From: Macrostomum hystrix
Lineage: Eukaryota > Animalia > Platyhelminthes
Direction of reading: 5' to 3'
DNA: 64,000 nucleotides
NCBI GenBank assembly: GCA_950097015.1
Contig: CATNEN010000038.1
Span: forward strand, 22,196,001-22,260,000
Numbering within the stretch: position 1 is the stretch's first letter; every line of letters begins with the position of its first letter. The position numbers and the translations under genes are program-made. The notes under the pieces are model-generated. The model was not told the origin of the DNA. It searched no databases and saw only the letters and a program-made list of their open reading frames with translations. Of this stretch, positions 26,330 to 38,647 are shown one piece after another.

Positions 26330-26900
26330 TACTTTCGAAATATGGCATACTGCGGCCCTGACCACCAAATCACAGGAAAATTTGCAGCCTTCGAAGAGTG
26401 ATCAGTGAGCATCAAATTTGGAATCGATTCGTCGTACCTGCATGCACCTGCCGATTGTGCGTTTTAACCAATTCTCAAATTTCCTAATGTTACAGGCTTT
26501 TTACAAGCACAGGTGCAAGTACAGATGAGAAAGGTCGAACATTTGACAACGGCGAGACATTGAGTTATAGATTCAATTGTGCATACTCGACAGAAGGGCG
26601 GCTACAGCTGTGGCGTCTTTGTATGCCTCTTTGTTCGAATGCTATAGTCTTTGACCAGTCATCACAAGGACTGTGTCTCCACAAATGACAGGCGAAAGGC
26701 TTTGTTTGTGTTCCGTGAGAAAATGGTTGGTTCCGAAACTTGACAGACTTGACGCCTGAGAAAAAAATTTATTCTTTAAAACTCAGTAATGAATATCCGA
26801 TTGTCTTGCGTATGCAATAATTTTGAAGCTTGTGAACATTGTGTACACCACACCGTAGGCATTTCGCAGTTTGTTGCCCTATTTTTTTAGTGATAAATAT
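26330..26900 (+). pseudogene. Degraded Ulp1/C48 protease-like fragment, probably a DNA-transposon remnant
   Basis: 26582-26644 translates HTRQKGGYSCGVFVCLFVRML, the Q-x5-CG-VFVC catalytic-Cys motif of Ulp1-like proteases; surrounding frames are broken by stops. Confidence 0.4.
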
Positions 26901-27104
26901 ATTTGAATGCCATTAAACGATGCGCATACTTATATTATTGTCCTCTAAGGCGAATGTTTTAACCTAATTCTACAACAACTTCTCATCCTTCAGTGTTAGC
27001 TGTACTTTTCTGCGGTTCAGTTGCCTATGTCAAATTGCTTGGTTCTTTTATGGCTTATTGAACTAAATGCCATGGCATGAAGATCCCAAACAGAATCCTC
27101 GCAA

Positions 27105-28250
27105 CTGATCCCCATCGAGATGGATTGCCATACATCCATCAGCTACCGGGTGCTGATCCCCATCATGCAGGGTTGCCACACATCCATCAGCTACCGGGTC
27201 CTGATCCCCATCATGCATGGTTGCCACACATCCATCAGCTACCGGGTCCTGATCCCCATCGTGCATGGTTGCCACACATCCATCAGCTACCGGGTCCTGA
27301 TCCCCATCGTGCATGGTTGCCACACATCTATCAGCTACCGGGTCCTGATCCCCATCATGCATGGTTGCCACACATCCATCAGCTACCGGGTCCTGATCCC
27401 CATCATGCATGGTTGCCACACATCCATCAGCTACCGGGTCCTGATCCCCATCATGCATGGTTGCCACACATCCATCAGCTACCGGGTCCTGATCCCCATC
27501 ATTCATGGTTGCCTTTTACTTTTACTTAATTGCAGGGGGGCCTGGGGCACTTGACGCACAAGCGCAGGAACGGCATGCCCCCAGGCCGGCGAACTAGGCG
27601 GGAGTCGCCCATCGCGCCATCTAGACCCCTGAACACAGGCACCTCAAACACAGCCGTAAGCCAAGCGGGGAAGGGGGCGGCAGCCGGAGTGCCTCTCACC
27701 CCAGGCCCGCACACGCACAGAGCTAACCAAACCAGGGGAGGACTTACATGCCTGAAGGGTAGGGACGAGAGGACCAAGCCACGCGCGCAGACGGCTGGTG
27801 AAACCTCGCCGCTCAGAGCACGCATGGCTGGTGCACACCCACCCCACCCCCCATACAACGCCTCACACCCGGCCCAACGCACAAACACAAACACAAACAA
27901 GCAGGCATGCAGAAGGCAGGAGCGAAGCTTTTATTTCAAGCTTTGATTGCACGAAATATGGTGCACCTCCGCCGGTCGCTACTGTCCAAACCCCCCCAAC
28001 ATGTCCCGAAATTAATCGTGACTTGAAGGGTGAATCGAACTAGCGTCCTTTGGAGTGCGAGGCAGCGACGTTAGCTGCTGACCCACTCGCCCCCTTGCAT
28101 GGTTGCCACACATCCATCAGCTACCGGGTGCTGATCCCCATCATGCATGCATGGTTGCCACACATCCATCAGCTACCGGGTCCTGATCCCCATCATGCAT
28201 GGTTGCCACACATCCATCAGCTACCGGGTCCTGATCCCCATCGTGCATGA
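27105..28250. repeat. 48-bp minisatellite interrupted by a SINE
   Basis: Unit GGGTCCTGATCCCCATCATGCATGGTTGCCACACATCCATCAGCTACC at 27105-27513 and 28098-28250. Confidence 0.94.
27514..28097 (-). mobile_element. tRNA-derived SINE family B (~580 bp)
   Basis: Minus-strand head GGGGGCGAGTGGGTCAGCAGCTAA...AGTTCGATTC (A/B boxes); tail TTAAGTAAAAGTAAAA; flanked by CATGGTTGCC at 27504-27513 and 28098-28107 (TSD ambiguous inside a tandem array). Confidence 0.7.
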
Positions 28251-28453
28251 TGGTCACAAAGGGTCATATGCAGACCCGATGCAATCATATACTTAGATAT
28301 GAAAGCGGGGTCGGACATGATGCATTCTCGATTCTCTATCGACAGTTTTGTTGGGCTGGGTGCAGTATTGTAGGGCTGGGCAGTATTTTAGGGCTGGGTG
28401 CAGTATTGTAGGGCTGGGCAGTATTTTAGGGCTGGGTGCAGTATTGTAGTGAT

Positions 28454-28704
28454 TGTGAGAGATACAATTCAGACTACTGACAACAGTAGAAAAGCAAAGA
28501 CATGGCTGCAAAACTCTCACATAGTTTTAAGGCGACAAAAAAAAATATCGCCATAAAAATGGCAAGCTTAAAACAGACTTCTGTGCACACTGAGAGTGGT
28601 GGGAGAGGACGGCGTGGCTATGGCTGACTGACGAAGGCAAACAAGCCAGAAACCGGTCTCGGTCTGCCAGCGCGAGGTTCGTTCCCCACTTTTAGTGTGT
28701 TACA
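28454..28704. mobile_element. Solo LTR (251 bp)
   Basis: TGTGA...TTACA termini; 5-bp TSD GTGAT at 28449-28453 and 28705-28709; absent from the paralogous sites in duplication units 2 and 3. Confidence 0.75.
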
Positions 28705-29568
28705 GTGATGGGTGCAGTATTGAAGGGTTTGACGCAGACGAAGGCCAAAATTCGGCAATAAAAACAACGAACCGACTTTGGCCCTGATTAGGCGTAAATC
28801 TATTCTGGGCCGGCCGAGACACCCACCTCAGCCCGCTCACTTGGACCTGGCAGCCAGGTGCACATTCAGAGTGATACGAGATATTAGTAAACAACGGCAT
28901 ATGCGCGGCGGACTACAGTTGCTATTGATAATCAGTAGGTGCTGTTAAGTAAGTTTGCTCACAGTTTTGCTTGGTACAGTTGAGTAGGGTGAGTGCTTTT
29001 AATAAATTTGAATAGGGAAAACTGCACATAAAATATTATTTCCGCTACAGTCAGTAGAGTATTGTAGAGTTTTGTAGATTCCGTTTTAAATTTCTGCATT
29101 TGATGAGGAGTGGCACATTGAACTCATGCTTCTGGTTAGAGTGTATTTTAATATATTTATTAAGCAATACTTGAGAACAGTAATTAGAACAGTTTATGAC
29201 GCATTTTCGCATGCTTGAATGGCAGTCAGTCTGGGTGCAAAAAGCAGAGAAATTTCAGACAGAATCGTCTAAGGAAACTGGGCTTCTACGAGCTATGATA
29301 TGATAAGAACATTTTTGGGACTGTCTGCCCAGATACTGTAATAAATTGGCTGAGGTGACAACCAGATAGACATATTTGAGTCTTGAACATATTCTGCATG
29401 AATAATTGATCAGCCACTAGTGAGAGCAAAACTAATGAACGAACAGTTTCTTTTATTATTTATTGATTATGATAAATTAATTCACAGATTTTGAAATTCA
29501 AATTCATCTACTCCAGCTTAATAATCAGAATTGCAAAGCTATGCAAGAATTTCGAGCTCTAAAATCAC

Positions 29569-32500
29569 TCAAAAATGTGTACTTTGATGAATCTCTGGCT
29601 GATCACGAAAAAGATCGCCCACAGCAACAATCTCAATGTAGTCAGTGCAGCTGTCACTGTCTGTGTCCTGCCTCTCCACAGCAGCACCAGCAGCAGCAGT
29701 CGCTGGTATGCTAACAATCAAGTAGCAGCACTCGGACTCGAAGCCGTTGGTTTTCTGAAATCAGAGAAGCCTTGAGCACTCATTCAGTTTCGGAAATGAA
29801 ACGGAAACACTACTGACAAGTAGCATTGTTGCCAAGTAGCCACTGTAGCCAAGTAGCCATTGTAGCCAAGTAGCCATTGTAGCCAAGTAGCCATTGTAGC
29901 CAAGTAGCCATTGTAGCCAAGTAGCCATTGTAGCCAAGTAGCCATTGTAGCCAAGTAGCCATTGTAGCCAAGTAGCCATTGTAGCCATTGTAGCCTTGTA
30001 GCCAAGTAGCCATTGCAGCCAAGTAGCCATTGTAGCCAAGTAGCCATTGTAGCCTTGTAGCCAAGTAGCCATTGCAGCCAAGTAGCCATTGTAGCCAAGT
30101 AGCCATTGTAGCCGAGTAGCTATTGTAGCCAAGTAGCCATTGCAGCCAAGTAGCCATTGTAGCCAAGTAGCCATTGTAGCCATTGTAGCCTTGTAGCCAA
30201 GTAGCCATTGCAGCCAAGTAGCCATTGTAGCCAAGTAGCCATTGTAGCCTTGTAGCCAAGTAGCCATTGTAGCCAAGTAGCCATTGCAGCCAAGTAGCCA
30301 TTGTAGCCAAGTAGCCATTGCAGCCAAGTAGCCATTGTAGCCAAGTAGCCATTGTAGCCCAGTAGCCACTGTAGCCAAGTAGCCATTGTAGCCAAGAAGC
30401 CGTTGTAGCCCAGTAGCCACCGTAGCCAAGTAGCCATTGTAGCCAAGTAGCCATTGTAGCCAAGTAGCCATTGTAGCCAAGTAGCCATTGTAGCCAAGTA
30501 GCCATTGTAGCCAAGTAGCCATTGTAGCCAAGTAGCCATTGTAGCCAAGTAGCCATTGTATCCAAGTAGCCATCGAGATTAATGGATAAGCAACGTGGCA
30601 TTTCTCGGACAGGACTGTCCCTGTTTGCTCGCTGAAGTCTAAGTGACTCGTTGACTCACCTAATTAGCAGGATGAGACACATCAGGTGACACTTTCGATT
30701 CCTCCTGAATGCCCGAGCTTAGGTTGAGCCCGGCTGCTGAAGGCTCAGTTGACGGCACTCGGAGCTGCAATGGAAAGGTTCAGAGCCGTCAGCTGCTGAA
30801 GTGCACGATCGCCACATTTTCCTGCACTGACCTTCGAGATGAGCAGAAAGCATGCAGCGCAGACGACAGACACAACAACGAAGACGATGATGGCTGAGAC
30901 AACAATCGTGAAAGTCGTGAGCCCAGCCCCAGGGCAGACGAGTCGAGCCGTGGTGTGAACAGGTGAGCCGACAGTCATGTTCTCAGGGAGGTTCTGTGAC
31001 GCACTGCAGTTGACAAAGACTTCGCTCCTGCTCATGTCATGCTCAACACCGCTGTCGAGCGACCACGTGCTAAGGAGGCTCCTGTTGTCTGGTACCTGAA
31101 GTTTCATATAGTACAGTGTGTTGCCACCAAGTCTTTCAAGAATCATACGGAATGCAACTCACCAGTGAAAGCCGAGAGACATTTTTTGTAGCCAAGTAGC
31201 CAAGTAGCCACTGTAGCCAAGTAGCCACTGTAGCCAAGTAGCCATTGTAGGCATGTAGCCATTTTTTCATTTGAGATACATTTTTTTCCTTGAGTTCGCC
31301 AGCTTGAAAGTTGCACGTGTGCTCAGGCATTGGGTGAGAAGCCGATGATCTGAACTGTACCGTTATTCTTGCCATGCTTTTGCAGCTTTCCAGGAATTTT
31401 ATCGATAGACTCGATGGCGGGTCTGGCGGGAATTTTGAGGTGCATTCATAAATTGCTGCTGAAGAATTTTTTATGAGGAGCAAATAGTAGAAATATTCTG
31501 GATGCTCACTCACACAGCACGTTGACTGGGGTCTGCGTCTGCACAGAGCCAAGGCTGCAAGAGTAATTTCCTGAGTGCTCAGGGAGTGCTCGAGCCACTG
31601 CTGTCTTGTGATCTTCAATGCAGGTACCGTTCGGAAGGCAGAGCTGGAGCCCGCTTGAGTTTGAGCACAGCATTGAGCTGTTGCAGTGCAGCTCGCATCT
31701 CACAGCGAAACTCGAGTTGACGGCCACAAACTGATCCGCGGAAGCCGCTGAAAAAATATTTTGACCAGCTTGTATGATAAACAGATATACAAATAGCGAT
31801 CGAATCCATTTTATGTGACTGAAGTCTCTGTGACGAGGTAAAGGCAGGATAGGAATCAAGTATCGATTTTCGTTGATGAGGAGCTAATTTCTCAACGATT
31901 TCATGAGTTCCATTAATCAGCATGATCGTTGAATTGGCTATTGGCGTTTCAATTGGCTTTGGGTGTTTGCTACCCTGTCCTGTCTGTTTTGCTGTCTGCT
32001 TACCTTGGATTCTTCACAGTCAGTTCTGACTTCGCTCTAATTCTATCTAATTCTCTACATTTTCCGCCTTCTGATTGGTCCGCCTCTCACTTTCTAGCCT
32101 CCTCTCTTACCCTCAGTCGCGCACTCTCTTGTTATCGCCACGCCAACCCCCTCCAGTCTGTCCAACTTAACCATGCGCATATTCGAGTCGTGTATAGCCA
32201 AGGACACAGCGCCCTGTCACTTTCGCTTCTCTTCTCTCCATTGGCTACCCGCAGGCCAGCTTAAAAAATTATTGCTTCTCTTAATTTCTCGACACTCCTT
32301 CCAAGCAAATCGGAAAATAACTCGAGCAATTCTCTATTATTCCTTATTGTGTTTAAATTGGCTTTCGGCTTTTCTAATTTAACTAATTTCCCCAGGCTAA
32401 CTTCTGCATTGTGCTATTTTTGACCGTTTGTCTAATTTGTCCGAGCTACGATTTGAAGGGTAAAAATGTCCCGCTTTCAGGCCCTTATAATTCTTTAAAA

Positions 32501-34267
32501 GAAAGTAGTAAATCTGCTCACAGAGCACGGTGACTGAGGTCAGCGTCTGCACAGAGTTAAGTCTGCAAGAGTACATTCCTGAGTGATCAGGCAGAGCTTG
32601 AGCCACTGCAGTCTTGTGATCTTTAATGCAGGTACCGTTCGGAATGCAGAGGTGGAGTCCGCTTGAGTTTGAGCACAGCATTGAGCTGTTGCAGTGCAGC
32701 TCGCATCTCACAGTGAAACTCGAGTTGACGGCCACAACCTGATCCTCGGAGGCCGCTGAAAAAATGTTTTGACCAGGTTGTATGATAAACAGATAAACAA
32801 ATAGCCCTTTCATGCCCTTGTTATTCTTTAAAAGTTATAAACAGTTATAAAAGTTCTTTAAATGTTATAAAATTGTAGAAAATCTGCTCACAGAGCACGG
32901 CGACTGAGGTCTGCTTGCTGACAGAGCCAAGTCTGCAAGAGTACATTCCAGAGTGATGAGGCAGAGCTTGAGCCACTGCTGTCTCATGTTCTGCAATGCA
33001 GGTACCGTTCGGAAGGCAGAGCTGGAGACCGCGAGAGTTGAAGCACATCCGAGAGTTGTTGCAGTGCATCTCGCAGCTCACAGAGAATCTCGACTTGAGG
33101 GCCAACACCTGATCTACTGAGGTGGCTGGAATATAAGTTACCATTGAAATTTCAAGCTCAACCTGTGCGTTTCCTGCTTGAGAAATTGCTTTAAAATTGA
33201 ACTCACTCAGTACACTGACAGGGGATGTTGCTGTAATTGATCCGAATCTGCACCTGTAGTCACCTGAGTGCTCAGGTTGAGCACTGCCAATGTGCAGCTC
33301 ATGGCCATTTATGCAGCTGCCGTTGGGAGAGCACAGCTGCAGCTCGCTTGAGCTCGAGTTGAGTTTTGCTCCTTTGCAGTCCAGCAAGCAGCTCACACTG
33401 AACTTTGAGCCCTGAGGCACCAGCTGAGGCGCTGAGTATCCTGGAGATTTACAAATCATCCAATTGACATTGTAGAATTTTCCTTCCACAACAATAGGTC
33501 CATAGTAAAAGACCCGAACTCACTCAGATACACAGTCTGAAGCCTGAGATCTGCGAAGCTCATGTAGTCCTCATTATTAGGCGACACAGAAATGTTCCTT
33601 CGCAGCAGCAAGTGTCTCACCTGGAGTTCAGATGAAATCTCAGTGGGATCCAGAACTCAACAGAGCACAACTCAAGGCACAGAGCAGGTCTCACCTCCGC
33701 TAAGCAGTTCACGGTGAAGATCTCACCAGCCTCGATACGCGCCTGCTTGCTCACCGTCAGGCCGCACCGTCTCCAGAGATGCTGAGACTCTCTGAACTGA
33801 CTGCTCATGTTTCTTGAGCTGCAGTGATCACCTGAGAACAGTTGTCTGTTGCTGCTCGATGTCCAGATCTCGATGTCTCTGGCTCTCGAGTAGAGATGTG
33901 TAGCGTCATCTAAAAGTGAGAACTTCACGACTAAGCAGTGGAAGCTGATTGCATGGAAAAAATAGGCCAGTGACTCACCCTCTCTGCCCTTCACAGTGAC
34001 TGATTTTATGAGTAATGGCCTACGCAGCCACAATGCGAACCAATGAAATCCTCCGTCTGCTTGGCTTCTGTCTTTGCTGTGGAAGAACGCGTAGCTGGGG
34101 ATAACATTTTCCTCTTCGGCAGAGCTTCTGCTGTTGAAGCAAGACATTCTTCCGCGGATAATCTCAAAGGACGACTGCCAGGAGTTATCGACATTGTACT
34201 TGCGAATCGGCAACTCACAGGCTGCAGTTGCCATGGAAACTTGCAGTGCCAGGATCAGCAGAAGCAT
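29569..34267 (-). CDS. Receptor copy 1: signal peptide, F-type lectin-like domain, 4 Ig exons, C2-like domain, TM, cytoplasmic tail (~760 aa)
   Basis: In-frame GT-AG exons 33979-34267, 33695-33909, 33524-33620; Ig exons 33207-33440, 32892-33125, 32522-32755, 31514-31747 (each 234 nt, phase 1, HSGxYxC); 31163-31458; TM exon 30832-31095; tail exons 30660-30764 (ends in TAG) or 29569-29754 (contains TDYIEI). Confidence 0.8.
29820..30572. repeat. 17-bp minisatellite (GTAGCCAAGTAGCCATT)n in last receptor intron; paralogues at 41237-42312 and 54312-54827
   Basis: Tandem units; array length differs between copies. Confidence 0.96.
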
Positions 34268-35121
34268 GGCCTTGGCCAGTTTGAGAATTTCAAAATCAGT
34301 GAAAAGTTGAGCTTCTGAAATGAACCCAGAAATTATAGCGGATTCGCTATGGCGTCCTATTTGAATGAATCGGTACCTGCGATATGATTTGATGATCCAG
34401 AGAGTAGCACTGTTCACAGCAAATCAAATAAAGGCACAATCTGCTTTATGTCGAAGCTTGGACCAAGTTGTGTTGCTGCCAGTTCATTTGTCTGCACTTG
34501 TTCTTTCTTGTTCTTTCTTTTTCTTGCTCGATAATATAGCTTTTTCAATCCTTTTTGGTTCTTTCTGCGTTCAAATTGGTGCGTGGCTGTCAGCAGTATG
34601 ACGTGGCAGCGGTGTCGGGATGTACCATAGAAGACAGAATCAATTCGGTAAAAACTGCGAGCACTTTAGGTCACATGGGGGAGGCATAGCCGAGACGAAG
34701 AATTGCGCAGAGGGGATGATACGCTAAGGGTCGGTCAGTCAGGCAAGCAGAAAGTGTTGTCTACGATAGATTTTTACTATCGGATTAAAACCCTTGCAAC
34801 AGACTGACAGATGCACGACATGTATACGATGAGTGCATAAAAATAAACGTGAATGACCAATACGGCTAACAATTTGGTGACTTGTGGTACCACTTCTTAA
34901 CGTCTCGGTGAATTTCGTGTTGTAAGGGTCAGTCATGACATCAGTTGCTTTTGATCCAGCACCACATTTTTGCACCAGCCGGATTATCGAAGCTTTCAAA
35001 GAAATGTTGCCTCCATTTGCACTGCTTCAGTGTTAGGATGCCAATAACGCACGCTTCTACTTCGTAAACTTCGTGGACACGGATTATGTCTACGTCTTCT
35101 GGCACATAATAATTATTATTA

Positions 35122-35861
35122 TTATTGAAATGCACACGCCGATTCGGGCAGGCTTTTTTGATTATTTAATGTTGGTTTCACATTCATGCGAAACCCAAGA
35201 TATGTCCACTGCTGTACGGATTCAACCAGTTGACCATGTAAAAACATTCTATGTGCTGCCCTTGAGTGGAGATTGCAGCTCAGAAGCTTTGTCTTCTCAG
35301 TGTTTATTTCTAATTTCTGAATATTGCTAAAATCTGCTACTTTGTGGTGGTTATCTTGTAATTCTGTCAGGTCTTCACCAAAAATGACCAAACCGTCACA
35401 ATCAAGCAGGTTTTTTAAAATACTTCTTCATTCAATATGGAGGTATGGCTTTGAAATGAGTTTTTTAGAATTGTGCTTAGCGGGTCGATGTATAGGGAGA
35501 ATAGCAGTGGAGATAGGGGGCATCCTTGTCTGACGCCATTAGTGATTCGACACGCCTCAGCAGCCGTGCTTTCTGACATCTTGAGGTGAAATTTCGCGCT
35601 TGAGTACATACTCTCAATGATGCTTATTATTGCTGGGTTCACGCCCAACTGCTTTAATCGTGTGACCAGGGTTGGGTGGTGAACCATGCCAAAGGTGCTT
35701 TTTAAATCAAAGAAAACTAAATGGAAAGGTTTTTTCTGTTTCTTCTTTTTATGAATTAATGTCAATAGGGTTGCGATGTGATCGGAAGTCCGGCAGCCTT
35801 TTCTGTTTCCAATTCGATATTGCAATTTCAACAATTGAAATGAGGAATGACAGATAAACAA
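35122..35861 (-). pseudogene. Degenerate non-LTR retrotransposon reverse transcriptase fragment
   Basis: LVFFDLKSTFGMV, GVRQGCPLSPLLFSLYID, LEINTEKTK, WTYLG; the YADD region is broken. Confidence 0.85.
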
Positions 35862-36179
35862 AGCTACACAAAATTATAACATGGTTAAGTAAAATAGCAG
35901 ATTTTAGGTAGCACTGTAAGAAAACAAACGAAAGTAGCGACCGATATTATGTTTTAGGTAATCTTTCGCTACCCAATTTTCCGTTACCAGATGGTCAGTT
36001 TCGATCGGTACCGCCATCACCGTTAATTTTTTGGTAACGCGCCTAACCCTGATTGCACCTTTGGGAGCTCATATCTGTTCGTAAAAACAAGTATATTAGA
36101 CTTGTTTCCACAGACAGTTTCACGCAGATGTTTTTCCCGCGGATTCTCTCCCACCGTGGAAAATCAGGAAAAGCTCGTC

Positions 36180-37368
36180 GGGAAAAGCTACTGCACTAAA
36201 AGCTCCTGCGGAAAAACCTTGTTATGGGAAAAGCTCGCACGGAAAAACCTTGTTATGGGAAAAGCTCGCACGGGAAAACCTAGTTGTGGGAAAAGCTCCT
36301 GCGGGAAAGCCTTGTTGTGGGAAAAGCTCCCACGGGAAAACGTTGTTATGGGAAAAGCTCGCACGGGAAAACCTAGTTGTGGGAAAAGCTCCTGCGGGAA
36401 AGCCTTGTTGTGGGAAAAGCTCCCACGGGAAAACGTTGTTGTGGGAAAAGCTCCTGCGGGAAAGCCTTGTTGTGGGAAAAGCTCCCACGGGAAAACGTTG
36501 TTGTGGGAAAAGCTCCCGCGGGAAAGCCTTGTCGTGGGAAAAGCTCGCACGGAAAAACCTTGTTATGGGAAAAGCTCGCACGGAAAAACCTTGTTATGGG
36601 AAAAGCTCCCGCGGGAAAGCCTTGTTGTGGGAAAAGCTCCTGCGGGAAAGCCTTGTTGTGGGAAAAGCTCCCACGGGAAAACGTTGTTGTGGGAAAAGCT
36701 CCTGCGGGAAAGCCTTGTTGTGGGAAAAGCTCCCGCGGGAAAACGTTGTTGTGGGAAAAGCCCCCGCGGGAAAGCCTTGTTGTGGGAAAAGCTCCCGCGG
36801 GAAAACCTTGTTGTGGGAAAAGCTCCCGCGGGAAAGCCTTGTTGTGGGAAAAGCTCCTGCGGGAAAGCCTTGTTGTGGGAAAAGCTCCTGCTGGAAACCT
36901 AGTTGTTGTGGGAAAAGCTCCCGCGGGAAAGCCTTGTTGCGGGAAAAGCTCCCGCGGGAAAACGTTGTTGTGGGAAAAGCTCGCACGGAAAAACGTTGTT
37001 GTGGGAAAAGCTCGCACGGGAAAACCTTGTTGTGGGAAAAGCTCCTGCTGGAAACCTAGTTGTGGGAAAAGCTCCTGCGGGAAAACGTTGTTGTGCGAAA
37101 AGCTCCCGCGGGAAAACCTTGTTGTGGGAAAAGCTCCTGCGGGAAAACCTTGTTGTGGGAAAAGCTCCTGCGGGAAAACCTTGTTGTGGGAAAAGCTTCT
37201 GCGGGAAAACCTTGTTGTGCGAAAAGCTCCCGCGGGAAAACCTTGTTGTGGGAAAAGCTCCTGCGGGAAAACCTAGTTGTGCGAAAAGCTCCCGGGGAAA
37301 ACGTTGTTGTGGGAAAAGCTCCTGCGGGAAAACCTAGTCGTGGGAAAAGCTCCTGCGGGAAAACCTTG
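36180..37368. repeat. 31-bp minisatellite (GGGAAAAGCTCCTGCGGGAAAACCTTGTTGT)n
   Basis: Tandem units; paralogue at 49222-50490. Confidence 0.96.
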
Positions 37369-37523
37369 GTGCTTTTAGAAGATCTTGCTGGCCTGGAAGA
37401 GACGGCATCAGAAATGTGATGAAACTGTATTGCGAATTAAAGTATTTGTATAGGCCCTAATTTGTGGGAAAGACTTGTATGGATCTAAAATACAGACATC
37501 CGATAAACTAATTGAGGTACTCA

Positions 37524-37822
37524 CTCATCATTCAGCTGGCTGGATGAGATGGCGTTGGCATCTCCAATGAGTTGCCTCATCTGTGAAATGATAGCCTCTT
37601 GGGACTCGTTGTACATGCAATTACGCACTTGGTGCATGCTGAAGGTGCAGAAAAGTGTTCGACCAGCAGCTGATGTTGCTTGAGGTGATGCTGCTGCTGC
37701 TGCTGCTTGGCCATTGGCAGCGATAAATTCCATATTAGGGGGCCTATCTGAAGCCGCTGGCGAGCCGTGTTGACAGCCGTCAACAGTCACAATAGAATGC
37801 TCACTGCCACTGAGCAAGTCTT
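37524..37822 (-). other. Orphan exon-like ORF of an unknown gene (paralogue 50644-50942)
   Basis: tttttag acceptor and gtgagt donor bracket an open frame (DLLSGSEHS...FCTFSMHQVRNCMYNESQ...); no family recognised. Confidence 0.35.
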
Positions 37823-38218
37823 CTAAAAAACTACAATGGAATCACCAATTGACAATAATAGCAATAAAGGTAATAATCGCGCCGAATTAAAAGCTGTCTT
37901 AGAACACTTCTTTTTTATTCCAAACAGTCCTGCTTTATCTCTGCTGAATCTACGCAAAACATAGGGACTCTATAAGTGGGCTATCGCTCTCTCTCACCCA
38001 TGTGAGTGTGGATGAAATCTTTTTTCTATTCGCAGTAAATAATATACTTGTAAATCTCACCGATTAAAAAGTGCCAATCTCTGGCAGTACCAGGTCCAAT
38101 CTTTTAACAGCCTGAAGCCAATTATTAAGTAATCATTAAGTAAGTAGTTCAATAGCGTTTCTTTCACTAACGAAAGAAAATAATCATTAAGTAGACATTG
38201 CTGTATTAAAGCTGCTTC

Positions 38219-38647
38219 TTGGATATTTCTTGGATTGGCTCATTCTTAGCTGGTGTTCCGTTGCTATTAGGCCCGGTAACTTCGGTGCTGACTGATCGAT
38301 ACGGATGTCGATCTGTCACAATAGCCGGAGGCCTCATCTCCGGCTTGGGCTTTGTTTTAACCTTCTTTTTGCCGCGGAGCACTTTGCTGTTTATATTCTC
38401 GGCCGGATTATTGACTGGCTTAGGACTCGGCTTAGCCTTCATGCCAGCTGTTGTGGCCGTGTCCTGTTATTTCTTAGAAAGACGCGCTTTAGCCACAGGC
38501 CTAGCAATGTCCGGGTCTGGCGTTGGCACCGTTGTATTCGCCTACATCACCCGAGCTTGCATTGAAGAGTACACGTGGCAGGGCGGCTTCTTAATAATTG
38601 GCGGCATGCTGTTGAATCTATGCGTCTGCGGTGCTGTAGGCGAATGA
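38219..38647 (+). pseudogene. Orphan exon of an SLC16/monocarboxylate transporter (MFS)
   Basis: SWIGS...GPVTSVLTDRYGCRSVTIAGG...YFLERRALATGLAMSGSGVGT...YTWQGGFLIIGGMLLNLCVCGA; no other exons of this gene found in the window. Confidence 0.75.

Noticed and set aside
27531-28099. TGCA(G/A)GGGGGC inverted ends suggesting an LTR or MITE
   Set aside because: The insert extends through a TTTTAC tail and has a tRNA-like head, so a SINE fits better.
30745-30831. Receptor tail read straight on from the TM exon (VSAGKCG...SAVN*)
   Set aside because: The gtcagt donor and ttgcag acceptor are conserved in all copies, indicating a 67-nt intron; retention cannot be excluded.
31929-32264. Hydrophobic plus-strand ORF repeated at 43651 and 45030
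   Set aside because: Antisense intron sequence with a TTG start; its identity across copies only reflects recent duplication.
36102-37419. Cys/Lys-rich ORFs with GKT motifs (metallothionein- or P-loop-like), also at 49095-50393
   Set aside because: A 31-bp satellite that is open in several frames on both strands.
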